Source: Blastocladiella emersonii ATCC 22665 (Eukaryota; Fungi; Blastocladiomycota). Taken from it: a DNA stretch of 64,000 nucleotides. The notes under the pieces are model-generated. The model saw only the letters and a list, made by a program, of their open reading frames with translations, was not told the origin of the DNA and did no database searches. This document shows positions 1 to 10,980 of the stretch, one piece after another. The position numbers were made by a program, and so were the translations under genes. Each line of letters begins with the position of its first letter. Position 1 is the first letter of the stretch. The DNA is taken from NCBI GenBank assembly GCA_025594325.1, contig JANHCV010000005.1:558001-622000 (forward strand), read 5' to 3'.

Positions 1-149
1 GCTGGCGGCGAGACTTGCGCGTCGAGTAAGAGCTGGTTATGCAGTTTGACCGTCGCCGACGTTGTTCTGTAACTAAGAAGCTGTGATGCGAGTATAATAT
101 CCAGTTGCAGGTCGGCGTTCGACATTTGCACGACAGCACGTAGAAGCAA

Positions 150-220
150 GCACGCATGGTTTAATGGTAAAATTCTACCCTCCCAAGGTAGAGCTCCGGG
201 TTCGATTCCCGGTGCGTGCA
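150..220 (+). tRNA. tRNA-Gly (anticodon CCC), intronless
   Basis: Cloverleaf read directly: acceptor GCACGCA/TGCGTGC, D arm GTTT-AATGGTA-AAAT, anticodon stem CTACC/GGTAG with loop CT-CCC-AA, T arm with GGTTCGATTCC B-box, discriminator A. Followed by TTTT (Pol III terminator). Confidence 0.95.
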
Positions 221-249
221 TTTTGAATTATGTTTTGCCTCAACTGCAG

Positions 250-660
250 GATGGGGGGCTTGGTCGTGGCGCTCACGAGAATTACGGTTTTGACTCTTTG
301 GTGTTGCAAACTCGGCGATGCAGGCTTGGTAAACATCTTTCGCGCACTTCCGTCTACTGTTTGTGACCTCAAGTTCACTCAAGCGGGAATCACTGGGCGT
401 GGGTTTGGCGAAGCAAGCCCGTTTCTTCCGAAGCGACTTCGCAAGCTAGCTTAAGCTGTCATTCAGCATCATCAGAGCGTCGGATACAACAACACCTCAG
501 CGTTGGGAGCTCCCTGCGACCCTCTCTACCTTGGATCTGACCGGGTGCGCCCTCAGCTTTCCAGAGGCGCGTGCACTTGCCCGCGTTCTCCCACTCAGTA
601 TCGAGTCGCTCAACCTCCGCTCTTGTCGGCTCAGCAGCGAGAGTGTGGGTGAGTCTAGAA
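250..660 (+). pseudogene. Fragment of RNI-like LRR gene (frameshifted, 5'-truncated)
   Basis: Two frames give LGDAGLVNIFRALPSTVCDLKFTQAGITGRGFGEASPFLPKRLRKL* and QRWELPATLSTLDLTGCALSFPEARALARVLPLSIESLNL. Both are collinear with the LRR exon at 57109-58089 (LADAGLIVVLHAIPP...ISGRGFSDASMYLPPRLR...QQWDLPATLVSLDLSHCDL). Confidence 0.8.
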
Positions 661-1000
661 GGAATTGCAGACCTGTGCGAGGGCGCGCCTCCTTGTTCCT
701 TCAACATGATTTCGTGAATAATCGATTCTGCAATCAGAAATATATCTCCATGTATTTTCCATGCGCTCCCCAGCGATTCGTACTTTTGTTCAGTTCACAT
801 GCCGGCGACGCGTGCTCATGTGAGTGGCGCAACACGCCAGCTCAAATCAGGCCGCGTTGACCAAGCATACGCAACCCAGCCAGCAGCCTGGCTTCGCGGT
901 CATTTTCGTGCCGCGCCCCTTGAGGCGAAGCTTCAGGTTTGAGGTTTGGCAACTCATTGGACACATGTGTGACAATTCACGAAGTAAATATTCGTGTTTC

Positions 1001-2236
1001 TCAGGCAGAAGCAAAGTCCGTGGCGAGCCACCACTCGAGCGCCGCGGGCTTGTTGTGGCGACGCGCGGCAGCCAGCATCTCGTCCTTGTCGAACTTGATC
1101 GGGAGACCGCTGTTCTTCCACCACTCGAGCGTGTGGACGTGGCCCGCCGCGGTGGCCTCGGACAGGGCTTGCTCAGAGTATTTCAGCTCGAGCCCGGACC
1201 GCACCCACCAGTCGAGCACGTTGTTGAACCCGCCGTAGCTCGCGCCGTTCATGGCCCACTCCGTGTACTCGCAGCCGTGCGTGGACGCGCGCCACCAGTC
1301 GAGCGTCGCGACCTGGCCGTACCGGCTGGCCAGCATGAACGGCGAGCCCTGGGTGCTGCTCAGCCCGCGTGCGTCGAGCCAGTCGAGCACGTCGATCCGC
1401 CCGAGCGAGCTCGCGGTCGGCGTGAACCGCCCAGCGAGCTCGGCCGCGGTCAGCGTGAGCGCGAGGCGGGCGTTGAGCACCGTCGGGATGCCGCTGGCCA
1501 GCCACCAGTCGACGACGGCAAAGTTGCCGTCGCGGAGCGGCTGCTCGATGGCGAACTTGCACAATTTCATGGGCAACCCGCTCGCCTTCCACCACTCGAG
1601 CACGTCGACGCGGCCGCGTGCGCTCGCGCCGTTCACGGACCGCGATGTGTACTCGAGCGGCAGCCCGCTCGACTTCCACCAGTCGAGCACGCTCACGAGG
1701 CCGTGTACGCCCGCGTCGTCGACGGGAAGGTAGTTGTAGCGGAGCGGAAGTCCACTGACCTTCCACCAATTGAGCACGTCAAGGCGCGAGTTGACGGACG
1801 CGGCCCACATTGCCTTCGTCGAGTGTTTGAGGTGCAGGCCCGAGTCGCGCCACCACTGCAGCACGTCGAGGTGTCCGTTCGCACTCGCCCACCGCAGCGC
1901 GGCGTTTGAGTACTTGAGGCGCAGCCCCGACGTGCGCCACCACGCGAGGACGGCGACGTGACCGTTCCCACTTGCGCGGTCCATGGCGTCGCGCGAGTAG
2001 CGAGGCGTGAGACCATGGCGCTGCCACAGATCAAGGATATCGACGTGACCATCGGCGGAGGCCGCGTCGAGGCTGCAGTGCGGGAGCCGCGGGAGGAGGG
2101 CGCGAACGAGCGGGTCGCGGCGCTCACACGAGCGCGGCAGGACGTGGAGCAGTGCGCGCAGGTCGGCCGGCGACTGACCGGATAGACGAGCCGCGTGGGC
2201 GAGGATCGGCTCGATGATTTCGCGTGGTAGATTCAT
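1001..2236 (-). CDS. F-box-like N-terminus + 'WW'-type ankyrin repeat protein (411 aa, intronless)
   Basis: Open frame from ATG 2236: MNLPREIIEPILAHA, then about 12 repeats of ~25 aa of the form DxASxxGHxxVLxWWxxSGLxLxY. The F-box-like label is inferred from the LPxEIIxxIL pattern. Confidence 0.85.
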   Translation of the reverse strand: MNLPREIIEPILAHAARLSGQSPADLRALLHVLPRSCERRDPLVRALLPRLPHCSLDAASADGHVDILDLWQRHGLTPRYSRDAMDRASGNGHVAVLAWWRTSGLRLKYSNAALRWASANGHLDVLQWWRDSGLHLKHSTKAMWAASVNSRLDVLNWWKVSGLPLRYNYLPVDDAGVHGLVSVLDWWKSSGLPLEYTSRSVNGASARGRVDVLEWWKASGLPMKLCKFAIEQPLRDGNFAVVDWWLASGIPTVLNARLALTLTAAELAGRFTPTASSLGRIDVLDWLDARGLSSTQGSPFMLASRYGQVATLDWWRASTHGCEYTEWAMNGASYGGFNNVLDWWVRSGLELKYSEQALSEATAAGHVHTLEWWKNSGLPIKFDKDEMLAAARRHNKPAALEWWLATDFASA

Positions 2237-2725
2237 GGGCAGTTCTTTGGGTGTGTGCGGGAGAGAGAAAGAAGGGATTGTCCGTGGGTGTCCTGGGCGC
2301 CCTTCTGCTGTGAGGAGGCACCAAATTAGGGACTCCTCAAACCGGTGCCTCCAAGAGGTTGCCATGCATAGCAGGAACCGTCACCGCTATTTTTGAGGCT
2401 CGTCCCTTCCTGAGCGCGAGACACCTTGCGAGACGCGTCGCGATATCATGTGAGTGGCTCAGCCCTCGATCTCGATCATGTCCCGATCCCCCAACGCGGA
2501 GCAGGGCGTGCAGGGACCGCATGATCGGTGGGAACCGACCCAATAATCCCTCTGCGCGTGCCAGCGCCGGTCACGCGGCAATGTCGCGACTCGCGGCCCC
2601 ACTCGCGTGCGCGGGGGACCGCTGTTGCTTGCTGACCAAGCCATCGCGGGGCGAGCGACTGACAGCCGACCATCGCCCGATGGCCTCGAGCTGCTCTCGC
2701 TCTTCCTTCATCCACACCGTAAACC

Positions 2726-4003
2726 ATGGAACAACCAAATGAACTACACAGCGCAACGAGCGCCGGCGCCGTCATCTCGGGCATCCTCGGATGGGTCAGT
2801 GCAGCACGACGACCGTCACGCTCTCCCATCGGAACGCTCACGCGTGAGCTCGCCGTCACTAGTCGTACTTTGCGGCGTGGTCCGTGAGCTTCTACCCGCA
2901 GCTGGTCCTCAACTACCGCCGCAAGAGGTCCGTCCATCTCGACGCGCCGAGGCGGCCCACCCCTCACACGCGTCCCCCCATCACAGCGTCGATGGCCTGT
3001 CGCTGGACTTTCTCGCGTACAACGTCATCGGCTTCACCTGCTACCTGGTGCGCCGACTTCACTGTTCGACACAACACGAAGATGCTCATCTCTCGTCGTT
3101 GCCCGCAGATCTACACGCTCGGCTTCTACTGGTCGACGGCCATCCAGGAAGAGTACCGCCGGCGCAACGACGGGCGGTCGAACCTGGTCGCGCCCAACGA
3201 CGTGTTCTTTGCCGCGCACGCGTGGGTGCTCACGATTGCCACGGCGGTGCAGGCGCGGCAGTACGCCGTACGTTCTCCCTCGTGGGTACGCAGCGTACCA
3301 CGGACTGACGTAGCGCAACGCGTAGGGTAACGGCCACACGCTGTCGCGCTTCGCCAAGGTGACGATCGTGGCCATGCTCGCGTCGACGGTGGTGATGCTC
3401 GGGTGGACGGTGCGCGACCCAGGGTGCAGCGCGCTCGACCTCGTCTACTTTTTGGGCTCGTGGAAGCTCATCATGAGCCTCATCAAGTACCTCCCGCAGG
3501 TCCGTTTGTGTTCTCTCCACAGCCACCTCACACCTAACACGACTCCCGCTACCTAGATGTGGGTCAACATCCGCGACCAGTCGACCGAGGGCTGGTCGAT
3601 CCACAACATCCTGCTCGACGCAACGGGCGGCACGCTGAGTCTTGCGCAGCTGTTCCTTGACGCGTTCCTCGCGCGTGGGTCGGGCGACGATGGCTCGTGG
3701 CTCCTCGGCGTGCTGTTTGGCAACGCCGCCAAACTGTACGTGGTCACCATCACGCTCACGCCGCTCACGCGAACGCGTCACTCATCCCACGACGCGTGTA
3801 GTGGTTTGTCGCTCCTGAGTCTCGGCTTCGACGCCGTGTTCCTCGTGCAGCACTTTGTGCTCTACCGTGGCCGCCCGCGCAAGTCGCTCTCTGTTCGCGG
3901 GTCGCCGCGACGCGCGTCGGACGCGGAGGCGGGTCGGGCCGCGGCGGCGATGCCCAGCGAGACGGACCCGCTCCTGCCCGCTTCCATAGTGAGCTCGTCG
4001 TGA
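2726..4003 (+). CDS. ERS1: Cystinosin / ERS1-like PQ-loop lysosomal-vacuolar transporter (multi-exon)
   Basis: Spliced exons give VISGILGW|SYFAAWSVSFYPQLVLNYRRK|SVDGLSLDFLAYNVIGF, NDVFFAAHA, second PQ loop IKYLPQ|MWVNIRDQSTEGWSIHNILLDATGGTLSLAQLFLD, and FDAVFLVQHFVLYR. Confidence 0.92.
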
Positions 4004-4589
4004 GCTAGTGATTCAATACACACGTTTAAATGACTCTGTGATCAGCGAGGTGATGGAGACCGGCCAGCAACGCGTCACGCGCGGTCAGATCAACACGGTC
4101 GGTCGGCTCCGACCAGCGACCAGCGTCAAAACCGACCACCCTCTCCTCCTCCGTCCTCCCCACCGGCGACTCTGGTCGCTCACACCCTACTCTGCCTTGC
4201 TAGCTCATGGACTTGCCGCAACGCGTCGCGTCGCTCTCGATCGCATGGATGCTCAAAACAGTATAGGAATCTCTCCGAAAGACGAATGAGGAGAACCAAT
4301 TAATCGTTTTCCTGAGCCATCGAGACGACGACGCACTCCAGCTCGCGGACCCGTCACCGCGATATGTTGCTACTTTATTCCTTCCCGAGAGCCCTGGCGA
4401 GGAGGTGGGCACGAGGAGGACGTGGTGCGATGAGTAGGTAGACTTGTATACGAGAGAGAGAGAGGGACAGAACAAAAGTGACGCGCGTGATGCGCGGCTG
4501 CAAGGGATGAAGGGAGGAGAGTGTGTGGGATCAAGATAAATGTACAAGGAATGATGAGTGTGCACCTCGCCGTCGCCGTTGTCGACGCA

Positions 4590-7500
4590 TCACGCACGAA
4601 CCTGGTCGACGTCCATGTCGGCCGCCGCCGCCGCCGTCGCTGCGGGTGGCGCGCCCGTCTCGCCGACCGGCGTCACGAGAGCTGAAGCGTCCGTCGCCGG
4701 CGTCGCCATGGCCTCGTCGAATGACCGCTTGCGCGCGGCCGAGGAGGAGGGACCCGTCGCGCTGCTGCCGACATCCTCGATGAGCGGCTGCGCGGGCGAC
4801 GTGACGGACCGGGCGAACGCGAGGAGCTGGGTCGCGACGTCGTCGCTCGAGAGGTTGGCCATGTCGACGACGGCCGCCGCGGGCGCGCCGTTCGGGATCG
4901 CGGGCGCGACGGCAGCGGCGGGCTCGGGGACGACCACGTCCATGGGGTCCGCGTTGCCCTGGGCCACGGCCGGCGCGACCTCGCCGGCGACACCCGTCGC
5001 GGGGGCGACGAGCGCAGCGCCGGTACCATTCGGAACCCCCGCCGCTGCCGCCGGGGCCGCGGCCGCGACCTTATGCTCGCCCTCCTTGTGGAACCGCCAC
5101 TTGGTGACGCCGCCGACCCAGTTGCCGTCGATGAGGGGCTCGAGGTGGATCCCCGAGTCGAGGAGTTTCTGGAGCGAGACGATCGTGGACTGGATGAGCT
5201 CCGCGTGCTGTGTGGCGAGCGCGCCAGGTCCACCCGCGAGCCCGGGTCCGGCCGCCATACCCGTGGGCGTCGGCGGCGGGGTGATCCGACTACCGTCGGG
5301 CCCGACGCGGGAGCGGCCGTTGGCGCCCGCCGCGCCGAACGGGTGCGTGGTGACGCCCGCCGGCGGCGGGCGGGTCAGCGGCAGCGGGACGCCGCCGGGC
5401 CCCGTGCGCGCGTGCATCGCGGGCGACGCGTGGTTGCTGGCGGGCGGGGTGCTGCGGTGGAGGTACGCGTGGAGGGCGCCGCCCGATTTCGCGACAGTCC
5501 CGTTCTCGTACGTGTACGCGCGGGCGTGGTACCCGTGGTACCCGGCGGCAGCCGCGGCCTCGTCGCCCTGCCACACGCCGCCGTTGCCGGCCGCGATGTG
5601 CGGGGACATGGGCGAGTGGACGGCCGAGTCGCCGAGGTGCTCGTGGACGGCGCCGAGCGGCGGCGACGTGATGAGCATCGACGTCGCGTTCGCGTTGGCG
5701 TCATACCCTGCGGCGGCGGCCGCGGCGGCGGGGTCGCCGACGGTCGCGGGCGAGCTGAGCGTGCGCGGGCGCTTGCGGCGGGCGGCGTTCCCGTCAGCGG
5801 CACCCGACGTGGCGCCGGTCGTGGACTGGCGGCGCGAGTTGGTCGAGGTCCGGCGGCCGCGCGGGTTGGGGTTAGGCGGGGGCGGGGCGAGGGGCGGGAG
5901 CGGTGGGGGCAGTGGCGGGAGCGAGGCCACGTCGGCGCCGTTAGCGATAGCCTCGGCGCGGCGCTGCTCGGCGTGCTGCTGCTGCTGCATGAGCTCGTGC
6001 TGGCGTTGGCCGTTGTAACGGGGCGGTGGCGGGATGCTGGGGTTCATGGCGCGGAGGCCCTCGTAAAAGTCCATGCCCGCAGCGACCGCGGCCGCAGCGG
6101 CGGCGGCAGCGGCGGGGTTGGTCGGGACCATGTCGCCGACGCGGCCAAGCGCGCACAGCCAGTCCCACGTCTCCTTGACCTCCTTGGACGTGACCGTGTT
6201 GGGCAGGGTCTTGGCGCAGATGGCCTTCCAGAGCTCCTGGCGGTCGCGGCGCGTGTTGGCGAGGGCCTTGATGGTGGCGCAGACGCGCTGCTTGACGGGG
6301 AGCGGGACGGGCTGGGCGTGGAACATGGGGTCGCCGTCGAGCGCCTCGAGGTCCTTTATGACGCCGGCCGAGTCGACCACGCGGTACACCTGGGCCCGCG
6401 AGATCTGGAACGCCGCCTTGAAGTACTCCTCGAGTGACATGCCGCGCGCCTTGTACAGCTTGTCGGTTACAATCTCGTTGACGCCATGCACCGTGGCACG
6501 GAACGTCGCCCGCTGCACCTCGTACGAGCCCAGGTGCAGCGGCGCCGACAGCGCCGTCAGGTCAATCGCGCGCTCCAGGCGCAGCAGGCGCGCCTGCGCC
6601 GTCTCGAACGGGTTCTCGCTCAGATCGAGCACGCCCGTCGTCGGCGTCGCGCCCGCAGCAGCAGGCGCGGCGGTGGCGCCCTCGGCGGACGGCGCGACCG
6701 GGTTGGGCAGCGGGATCGGGTTGGATCCAACCGCCTCGCCCGCCGCGGCGGCAGGGGTCGTCGCGCCGGGCACGAGCGGGGGCGGGAGCGGGAGCGGGAC
6801 GACCGACTCGGGGACGAGCGGCGGCGGGACCACGGCGGCGGCCGCAGCAGCGGCAGGAGCCGCGTTCGGGAGCGCGGGCGCCGGCGCGGGCGCGGGCGAG
6901 GCGCGGACGGTCGGGCTCAGCGGGGTCGCCGAGTCGCGCGGGACGAGCGCGGGGGTGCCCGTCGCGCTTGCGATCTCGCCCACGGCGGGGAGCGACGAGA
7001 GCGAGGAGGTCGAGGCGGGGGCCGACACGGTCGCAGGAGAGGAAATCGGCGCCGCGGCGGGGGCCGCAGGAGCAGCGGGCGCGAGGGCCGAGGCAATGGT
7101 GGCAGCAGGCGCGGGGGTGGGCTCCGCGGCGTTCGCTGCCGCCAGAGCAGACGCGATCGTGGTAGCGGGCGCAGGCGCGGAAACGGCAGCCGAGGTCGGA
7201 GCGACGGACGCGGGCGCGAGGGGTGCAGCGGCGGAAACGGCGACAGGCAGCGTAGGCACCGGCGCGGAAACCTGCGCCGCAGCCGGAGTAGGAGCCGCGA
7301 CGGGGACAGGCGAAAGAGCCGCGGCAGGAACTGGCGCTGCCGGTGCGGCCGGCGCGGGGGTACCGCTATCGCTAGCGACGAGCGAGGCCGGGTCGTTGAG
7401 CAGGGCGGCGATCGAGAGGGCTTCGGGGGCGGCCGAGGGCTCACGGGTGTGCGGGGCGGGGGTGCTCGCTGTTGTGGCAATGGCGGCCGCGATCGAGGGC

Positions 7501-8498
7501 ATCGGGGCGGGAGCCGCGGAAGCGGCAGCGGCAGCTGCCGTCGTGCCGACAGACGAGGGCACCGGCGAAGGCGTCGGGGCGAGGCTCGCGGGAGCAGGAG
7601 CGGGAGTCGAGGTATGGGGAGGAGCGGCGGCGGCAGCAGCAGCAATAGCCGCGGCGGCGGCCGCGTAGGCCTGCTGCTGGTGCTGCTGGGCGTACTGGGC
7701 CGTCGGCTGCTGCGAGGGAGCGGGCGCGGGCGCGGGCGACATGCGGTGCATTCCGGCCATGGCGGCGGCGGCGTGGTGCGGGGCGGGCCCGGGCGGGCCG
7801 GCCATGAAGCCGAGCGGGTAGCCCTGCATGGCGGCAATGGACTGGTAGCCGAGGGCGGCGAGCGAGTTGATCGAGTGCTGGTGCGGGTGCGGCGGCATGC
7901 TCATCAGGCCCGGGTGGTGCATGGCGGCAGCGAGGTGGGCGGGGAGCTGCGGTTGCTGGGCCTGCTGCTGCTGGTTGAGGTTGTGCTGCTGCTGCGACTG
8001 CGGTGGCTGCTGCGACTGCGTCTGCTGCTGCTGGGCGGCGGCGGCCATGTTGTGCGGGAGGTGGGCGAGGGCGCCGACGAACGGCGGCGGGCCGGCCATG
8101 GGCGACATGACCATGGGGGCGAGGCCGAGCCCGAGCACGCTGTTGGCGGTGAGGTTGGCCTGCTGCTGCTGTTGTTGCTGTTGCTGCTGCTGCTGCGACG
8201 GCTGCTGCTGCGGCTGTTGGGCCTGGGCGTGGGTGTGGAAGGTGGCCATGAAGGAGGCGAGCTGGGCCTGGCTGCCCATAGCCTGAGCAGCGGCCGCGGC
8301 GGCGGCGACGTGCGGCGACGACATCATGGACGGGTGAAAGCCGGACGAGGCGGGCGTCGCGGTGCGCGGGTACGACGGGTAGGCCGTCTGCATGTGCTGC
8401 TGCTGCTGCTGGTGCTGGTACTGGGCGGCGGTTGGCGGGGCCGACGCGTCCGCGGCGAGCGGCGTGGGCGCCGTGGCGGGGGCGGACGACGGGTCCAT
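4590..8498 (-). CDS. Large Ala/Pro/Gln low-complexity protein (~1300 aa) with a central ~150-aa globular, probably DNA-binding domain
   Basis: Uninterrupted ORF with GC3-biased codons. Likely start MDPSSAP at 8498. Ordered segment at ~6150-6620 (KLYKARGMSLEEYFKAAFQISRAQVYRVVDSAGV), basic NLS-like RRKRPR, short conserved-looking motif LEPLIDGNWVGGVTKWRF. Confidence 0.75.
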   Translation of the reverse strand: MDPSSAPATAPTPLAADASAPPTAAQYQHQQQQQHMQTAYPSYPRTATPASSGFHPSMMSSPHVAAAAAAAQAMGSQAQLASFMATFHTHAQAQQPQQQPSQQQQQQQQQQQQANLTANSVLGLGLAPMVMSPMAGPPPFVGALAHLPHNMAAAAQQQQTQSQQPPQSQQQHNLNQQQQAQQPQLPAHLAAAMHHPGLMSMPPHPHQHSINSLAALGYQSIAAMQGYPLGFMAGPPGPAPHHAAAAMAGMHRMSPAPAPAPSQQPTAQYAQQHQQQAYAAAAAAIAAAAAAAPPHTSTPAPAPASLAPTPSPVPSSVGTTAAAAAASAAPAPMPSIAAAIATTASTPAPHTREPSAAPEALSIAALLNDPASLVASDSGTPAPAAPAAPVPAAALSPVPVAAPTPAAAQVSAPVPTLPVAVSAAAPLAPASVAPTSAAVSAPAPATTIASALAAANAAEPTPAPAATIASALAPAAPAAPAAAPISSPATVSAPASTSSLSSLPAVGEIASATGTPALVPRDSATPLSPTVRASPAPAPAPALPNAAPAAAAAAAVVPPPLVPESVVPLPLPPPLVPGATTPAAAAGEAVGSNPIPLPNPVAPSAEGATAAPAAAGATPTTGVLDLSENPFETAQARLLRLERAIDLTALSAPLHLGSYEVQRATFRATVHGVNEIVTDKLYKARGMSLEEYFKAAFQISRAQVYRVVDSAGVIKDLEALDGDPMFHAQPVPLPVKQRVCATIKALANTRRDRQELWKAICAKTLPNTVTSKEVKETWDWLCALGRVGDMVPTNPAAAAAAAAAVAAGMDFYEGLRAMNPSIPPPPRYNGQRQHELMQQQQHAEQRRAEAIANGADVASLPPLPPPLPPLAPPPPNPNPRGRRTSTNSRRQSTTGATSGAADGNAARRKRPRTLSSPATVGDPAAAAAAAGYDANANATSMLITSPPLGAVHEHLGDSAVHSPMSPHIAAGNGGVWQGDEAAAAAGYHGYHARAYTYENGTVAKSGGALHAYLHRSTPPASNHASPAMHARTGPGGVPLPLTRPPPAGVTTHPFGAAGANGRSRVGPDGSRITPPPTPTGMAAGPGLAGGPGALATQHAELIQSTIVSLQKLLDSGIHLEPLIDGNWVGGVTKWRFHKEGEHKVAAAAPAAAAGVPNGTGAALVAPATGVAGEVAPAVAQGNADPMDVVVPEPAAAVAPAIPNGAPAAAVVDMANLSSDDVATQLLAFARSVTSPAQPLIEDVGSSATGPSSSAARKRSFDEAMATPATDASALVTPVGETGAPPAATAAAAADMDVDQVRA

Positions 8499-10227
8499 GG
8501 GTGGAGCTACGACGAGTGACGAGGAGAGCGCGAGAACACGTGTCAGCGACGCGTGAGACATGGGACGCGAGACGCGTTGCGCGGCGGCGTGACCGGCCAC
8601 GCGCTCGTGCGCACGCGACAGGCGGGCGGCCCCACGCGGACGGCGGCGGCGGCGGGAGCGCCCCCCAAAGCACGCCCGAAAATCAAATCGTTGGTGCCAC
8701 CGCGTTCCCGTGGCCACGTCAGCGTGCAGACGGGCACGGGCGAGCTGCAGCTGCAGCAGCAGCGTGCGAGGGCGCAAACGGCGACGCGACGCGATGCGCG
8801 CGCGACGCGTGACGGCGGCGACACCCGAAAAAAAAAAGTGTCTCCGCCTCCGTGCGATCGTCGCCGCCGCGCCACACGGACACGCGGGCCGGCCCAGAGT
8901 CGCGAAGAGCAAAGGATGCGTACGTTATTCACTGGCCGAGCGAGGGTTGCGCGTCTGGAGGAGGACGCGGAAAAGTCAGTCGAGGTGCCACGATGTGGAG
9001 GCAGGCGGCGCGTGAGACCACCGCGCGCGCTTCGAGGCGAGCAGGTGCAGGATGTTCGTACCGAGCGTGATGATCGTCGCGGGGGCAGGGTGAGGGTGTC
9101 GGCGAGTGGAACGGGGAGGAGGGGAGAACGCGTTTGGCGGCGGGGTGCGGCGTTGGGACTTGGCGCGAGACGAGCCGCGAGACAGCGCCCAATCGGGGAG
9201 GCGGCGCAGCGAAGGCGGCGGGGCGGCTCTCGGCTCGGCACCACCGCAAGAATGGAGCGAGAGGAGGCGGGCGGGCAACGCGCACTACCCGAGGCTGGCG
9301 GGGAGGATGGCGACGATGGCGGACACGGCTGCCTCCAAACGCGGGCGTGGAGGGTCGGAGCGGCCGACGATAGAGTCGATGGCGGTGCAGTTGCTGCGAG
9401 GACGAGGAACGGGCGACGCAGCCGTGAATGTGTGGAGGGTTTGGCAACAACGCGGGCGGGCGCATGCGTCGCGGAGCGGGCGAGCCGCGCGGCCGCGCCG
9501 GGCGAGCAGCGGAGACAGTGGCGAGACAGCCGGACAGGGGTGGCACCGCGCCCGCGTGAGCGCTGCCGCGCTTGGGAACCCTCACGTGCGCGACGCCGCC
9601 ACGCGTTGCGCGCTTCTCGTCGCGCCCCTGCCGCTTTCTGTCCACGCTCGGGTAGCAGCAGCACCTCGAGCGCGCTCCTTCGAGCGAACTGAGCGCTTTC
9701 AAGTCGTTCAGCGCGACGCGATGGACTTGCCTCGCGTCCGTTCCTCGAGGCCGGCGGTCCTTGAGGTACCATCGGAACTGACGATGACCGAGTTGAGGGC
9801 CGCACCGCCACCGCCTCCGTCGTCTCGACACCGGCTCAGCACTTTGATGGCCAAGTGAGTCGCCACCGCGTCCCTCGGTGAGGGTCCGATCCGCTGCGGC
9901 GACCTTCCTCGTTCATGCGAGCGCGACGAGCCGCGTGGGGTCCCTCGACGAACGGCTTGGAAGGACACCCTCCTCCTCACTGAGCGAAGAGGAAGCGGTG
10001 ACGCATCGCGTTGGACTCTGACGTGAAAGGGGCAGCAGCAGCATCAGCCGGGAGGTGAGGCGGCGGCGAGCTGACAAACGCGCGGGTCGCCGCGCCGGGA
10101 TGGCGTGACGTGACCGGCGCCGAACGATCGACGGCCACCAGCGCGACCTACAAAAGCCGGGGGTCCCCGCCGCCCGCACTCTCGCTCTCCCCAACCGCAA
10201 CCTCTTCCACGAAGCGTTTTATCAGCC

Positions 10228-10783
10228 ATGCCCGTCACCGTCATCACCTCCCTCGCCCAGTTCAACGAGCTGATCAAGGGCGACAAGCTCGTACGTCGGG
10301 CCTCGAGCTTCCCGTGCTCGCCCGCCTGCTCGCTCAATCGCGTGCGCACGACGTGGGCCGCCCTCTTGCGCGACCATGCAGCAGCGTAGACGAGCGAGCG
10401 GGCGCGCAGACACCCTCGCGAGCGACGGTTGAGCTAACCCGCGACCCCCCACCACCAGGTCATCGTCGACTACTTTGCCGTGTGGTGCGGCCCCTGCAAG
10501 GTCATCTCGCCCAAGTTCGCTGCCCTCTCGGACCAGTACACCAACGCCGTCTTCGTCAAGGTCGACGTCGACGAGGTCCCCGTACGTGCTTCTCTCGCTA
10601 CCACCCACTGGTACCCCCGACTCACCCGCACTCCCACTTTCCCGCGACCAGGACGTTGCCCAGGCCGCCGGCATCTCGGCCATGCCCACGTTCCACGCCT
10701 ACAAGAACGGCGAGCGCCTCGGCGAGGTGGTCGGCGCCAACCCCGCTGCCCTCGAGTCGCTCATCACCGCCAACAACGCCTAA
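10228..10783 (+). CDS. TRX1: Thioredoxin (3 exons)
   Basis: [21 protein letters not shown]|[20 protein letters not shown]...[11 protein letters not shown]|[20 protein letters not shown]...; WCGPC active site. Confidence 0.96.
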
Positions 10784-10980
10784 GCGGTGCTGTCGCTCCC
10801 CTCCTGTCTCTTCCCGAGTGTTACATATATCGCCCCCCGTTTTCCTGCGTGCTCACACCCTTCTTCGCTGAACTGAGCTGGGAGACACTCACGCACACGT
10901 GCTTTCTAAACGCGTCTCTCACCTCGCGCCTCGCTTCCGTCGTCCCTCGCCGCTCCCTCAACCACCTCACAGAATCCGCA

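Noticed and set aside
7660-8420. CAG/CTG poly-Gln tracts as a special repeat feature
   Set aside because: These are ordinary in-frame homopolymer tracts of a disordered region. Similar short tracts occur at 36060, 59460 and 60005.
4558-9831. Long overlapping antisense or alternative-frame ORFs (e.g. 4558-6018, 6073-7668, 6486-8519; similarly 20033-22246, 23040-24848, 43593-45266, 60410-63118)
   Set aside because: These are expected shadows of very GC-rich, GC3-biased coding sequence. The translations are Arg/Gly/Ala-rich with no motifs.
8500-10220. Hidden gene in the 1.7-kb divergent intergenic region
   Set aside because: The ORFs here have no coherent motifs, codon bias or splice structure. 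It reads as promoter and 5' UTR sequence rich in CGCG words.
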